From Psammoneis japonica (lineage: Eukaryota), in NCBI GenBank assembly GCA_008632985.1, contig QPGO01000104.1, positions 186,001 to 250,000 of the forward strand: a stretch of 64,000 nt of DNA, given 5' to 3'. Below the pieces are notes generated by a model. That model made no database searches, was not told the origin of the DNA, and saw nothing but the letters and a program-made list of their open reading frames with translations. Below are positions 61,896 through 64,000 of this stretch, one piece after another (position 1 is the first letter of the stretch; each line of letters begins with the position of its first letter). A program made the translations under genes and the position numbers.

Positions 61896-63455
61896 ATGAG
61901 ATATCGCGGACTCTCTCTTCCACTGCTGGCGTTGACAGCGGCGTTACTTAGCCATCCCACAACAGCTATACATCGACTACAGCACAATTCATCGCCCAAC
62001 CAGCTGCGCTCATCAATCTCAACCACAGCATCACTGACACCAATTCGTGGGGGAGGTGGAACCACAACATTTGAGAAGCGGCGTCTTTCTGATGCTCGTG
62101 CGATTCAATGCTATTTGCTTTGTGGATCTCGTTTGTTTCAGCAAGCCATGCGCAATACATTAACGAATGTGCTCATTTACATGGCTCGCGATATGGAGAT
62201 TTCAGTGTCGCAAAAGGGATCGTTGCTAGCGGCGATTGCCTCGGGCTATTTCTTTACACAAGTTCCAGGAGGTGCCCTGGCTGACAAGTTTGGTCCCAAA
62301 AATGTGCTTGTCGGCGCCCTCTTGGCTTCTGCTCTGTGTTGTATGGCCGTACCAATCGCCGGAGACAAGTTTGGTTTGAAGGGGATTTGGCTCACAATGT
62401 GTCTCATGGGCGCAGTACAAGGACCCATGTTTCCAACGTCGTCCGTCTATCTTTCAAGGTGGATGCCTACGGCTTCAGGACCAGGAGAGCCAGACGAAAA
62501 AGCATGGGGAACCAGCATGTTGGATATTGGTATCTCCATAGGTTCGTTGCTGATTATTCCTATCGTGACTAGTTTGGCCGAAGCACTTGGCTGGAGAAAT
62601 ACGTTCTTTTGTGTTGGCGGTGCCAGTCTTGCTTTTGTTGCCTTGTACATGTGGCTAGGAGCGGACTCACCGTCAGATTGCTGGTACATTAGTGATCGCG
62701 AGCTAGAGTATCTAGAGAAACGTGTGATGAAACCTGTTTCAGCGCCATCCAAGGCCAGTGCAAAGGAAAAAGGCAGCGCAGAGGAGACTACATGGATTGG
62801 AATGCCATGGAAGATGGCGAGACATCCCGGTCTCTGGGCTATATTTGTATGCCATATTGCCTTTAACTTTGGCGCTTACTATCTGACAAACTGGAGCCCG
62901 ACCTACTACAAGGACATTTTAGGTCTGGAGCCTCATGAGGCAAAACTGCACCTGATGCTCCCGCACGTTACTAATCTTTTCATTCGAATGCTCAATCCAA
63001 GTTTGATTATGGCAGTGGCTCAAGCGGGTTTCAATCTACTACAGTCGCGTCGTCTCTTCACCGTCTTTGGGTATCTCGCAGCAGCGGCTTGTCTCGGACC
63101 CGTCTATGGTCTTCGAAAATTGAGTCCATGGGTGTCGACCGTGTTGTTTTCTCTTGCCAACGCATGCTTTGGTCTGGCTCCTACCGGATTTAAATCCAAT
63201 TACCTGGATATAACTCAAAAGTACGTTGGAATTGTGGCTGGCTATGGAAACACCCTGGGAACGGTTGCTTCCATTGTTGGACCAAAGATTACGGCGGCCA
63301 CATTGGTCCGGACAGAGGGAAACTGGTACGCTGTCTTGTGGACCGTGTGTGCTGTCAACATTGTGGCGGCTTTGAATTACGCCCGCAACTCTGTCGTGGA
63401 ACCGATTGAAGATCTTATCCAGCAAGAAGAAACAAACCAGGGTAAAAAGAAGTAA
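61896..63455 (+). CDS. MFS transporter, SLC17/anion:cation symporter (sialin/PHT4-like), with N-terminal signal extension
   Basis: GYFFTQVPGGALADKFG, QGPMFP, LGWR, WSPTYY and NYLDI...GIVAGYGNT motifs; multiple TM segments. Confidence 0.9.
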   Translation: MRYRGLSLPLLALTAALLSHPTTAIHRLQHNSSPNQLRSSISTTASLTPIRGGGGTTTFEKRRLSDARAIQCYLLCGSRLFQQAMRNTLTNVLIYMARDMEISVSQKGSLLAAIASGYFFTQVPGGALADKFGPKNVLVGALLASALCCMAVPIAGDKFGLKGIWLTMCLMGAVQGPMFPTSSVYLSRWMPTASGPGEPDEKAWGTSMLDIGISIGSLLIIPIVTSLAEALGWRNTFFCVGGASLAFVALYMWLGADSPSDCWYISDRELEYLEKRVMKPVSAPSKASAKEKGSAEETTWIGMPWKMARHPGLWAIFVCHIAFNFGAYYLTNWSPTYYKDILGLEPHEAKLHLMLPHVTNLFIRMLNPSLIMAVAQAGFNLLQSRRLFTVFGYLAAAACLGPVYGLRKLSPWVSTVLFSLANACFGLAPTGFKSNYLDITQKYVGIVAGYGNTLGTVASIVGPKITAATLVRTEGNWYAVLWTVCAVNIVAALNYARNSVVEPIEDLIQQEETNQGKKK

Positions 63456-63680
63456 TTTCTAGAGAGTAGTCGTAAGCCTTACTCTGAAAGTTTTGGATCG
63501 TTCGTTCGACTTTTCGCGTGCTCGCTCGTGCGCAAAAACATGCCGAGTGAGCGAACACCGAAATTCCAAAATGAAATTTCGAAAATTCCGTTTTTACGAT
63601 AGATTCAGTATCTAATCTACTTACGAAAGATGTTCTGTACGATTTGCCTCATTTTAATTTTTTGCCAAGTGCGGGTCACG

Positions 63681-64000
63681 ATGGGGAAACAAAAGCGAGG
63701 AGGACAAAAGAAAAGGGCGGACGTCCCGCTGGAGCGTCGGACTATTCTCGATGGACATTGCTCCATGTTGGTTCCACTCCCAATCACCAACAGTGGACTG
63801 ACGGGGGTTGGATGGATCGTGTCGGCATTACAGCCGCCGGTCTCGGGTATATCTTCGATCCTCTTAACGCAGAAGGGCCGATTGATTGTTTTTACAGCAA
63901 TGACGCCTACGCTAAAGCCGGATTCTGCACCATGTCACTCGAGCTGCGTCCGCCTCTGGAAGCTATTCGTGCAGAAAGCGCCCCGGAAAACCTTACCGAG
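63681..64000 (+). CDS. Possible 5' end of a gene (MGKQKRGGQKKRADVP...), running off the window
   Basis: Open frame from ATG 63681 to the window end with normal composition; no recognisable domain. Confidence 0.35.
   Translation, partial: MGKQKRGGQKKRADVPLERRTILDGHCSMLVPLPITNSGLTGVGWIVSALQPPVSGISSILLTQKGRLIVFTAMTPTLKPDSAPCHSSCVRLWKLFVQKAPRKTLP

Overview
Eukaryotic DNA, very likely a pennate diatom (Seminavis-like). Evidence: spliceosomal introns, a bipartite plastid targeting signal, a silaffin-like gene and diatom-type transposons. Intact gene islands alternate with six blocks of transposon and pseudogene debris (~2.4-11.8, 19.6-29.3, 32.3-34.7, 38.4-41.1, 47.5-54.1 and 55.9-58.5 kb). The islands hold a silaffin-like gene, a 2OG-Fe(II) oxygenase, two GPI-anchored Cys-rich paralogs, DPP8/9, an FG-GAP membrane protein, BRE1, a plastid rubredoxin-domain protein, a WW protein, SDR + GXWXG/DUF4334, HSP110 and an SLC17-type MFS transporter. 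The main signal is that the debris blocks have almost no TpA. Comparisons between repeat copies and against conserved protein motifs show systematic TpA->TpG/CpA conversion (Tyr->Cys/His), more complete than CpG decay. This looks like repeat-targeted hypermutation running opposite to fungal RIP. It affects a structurally complete Ngaro-type YR retrotransposon, Ty3/gypsy and piggyBac remnants, MITEs, a satellite and a ferrochelatase gene copy. All assignments come from reading the sequence; no searches were run.
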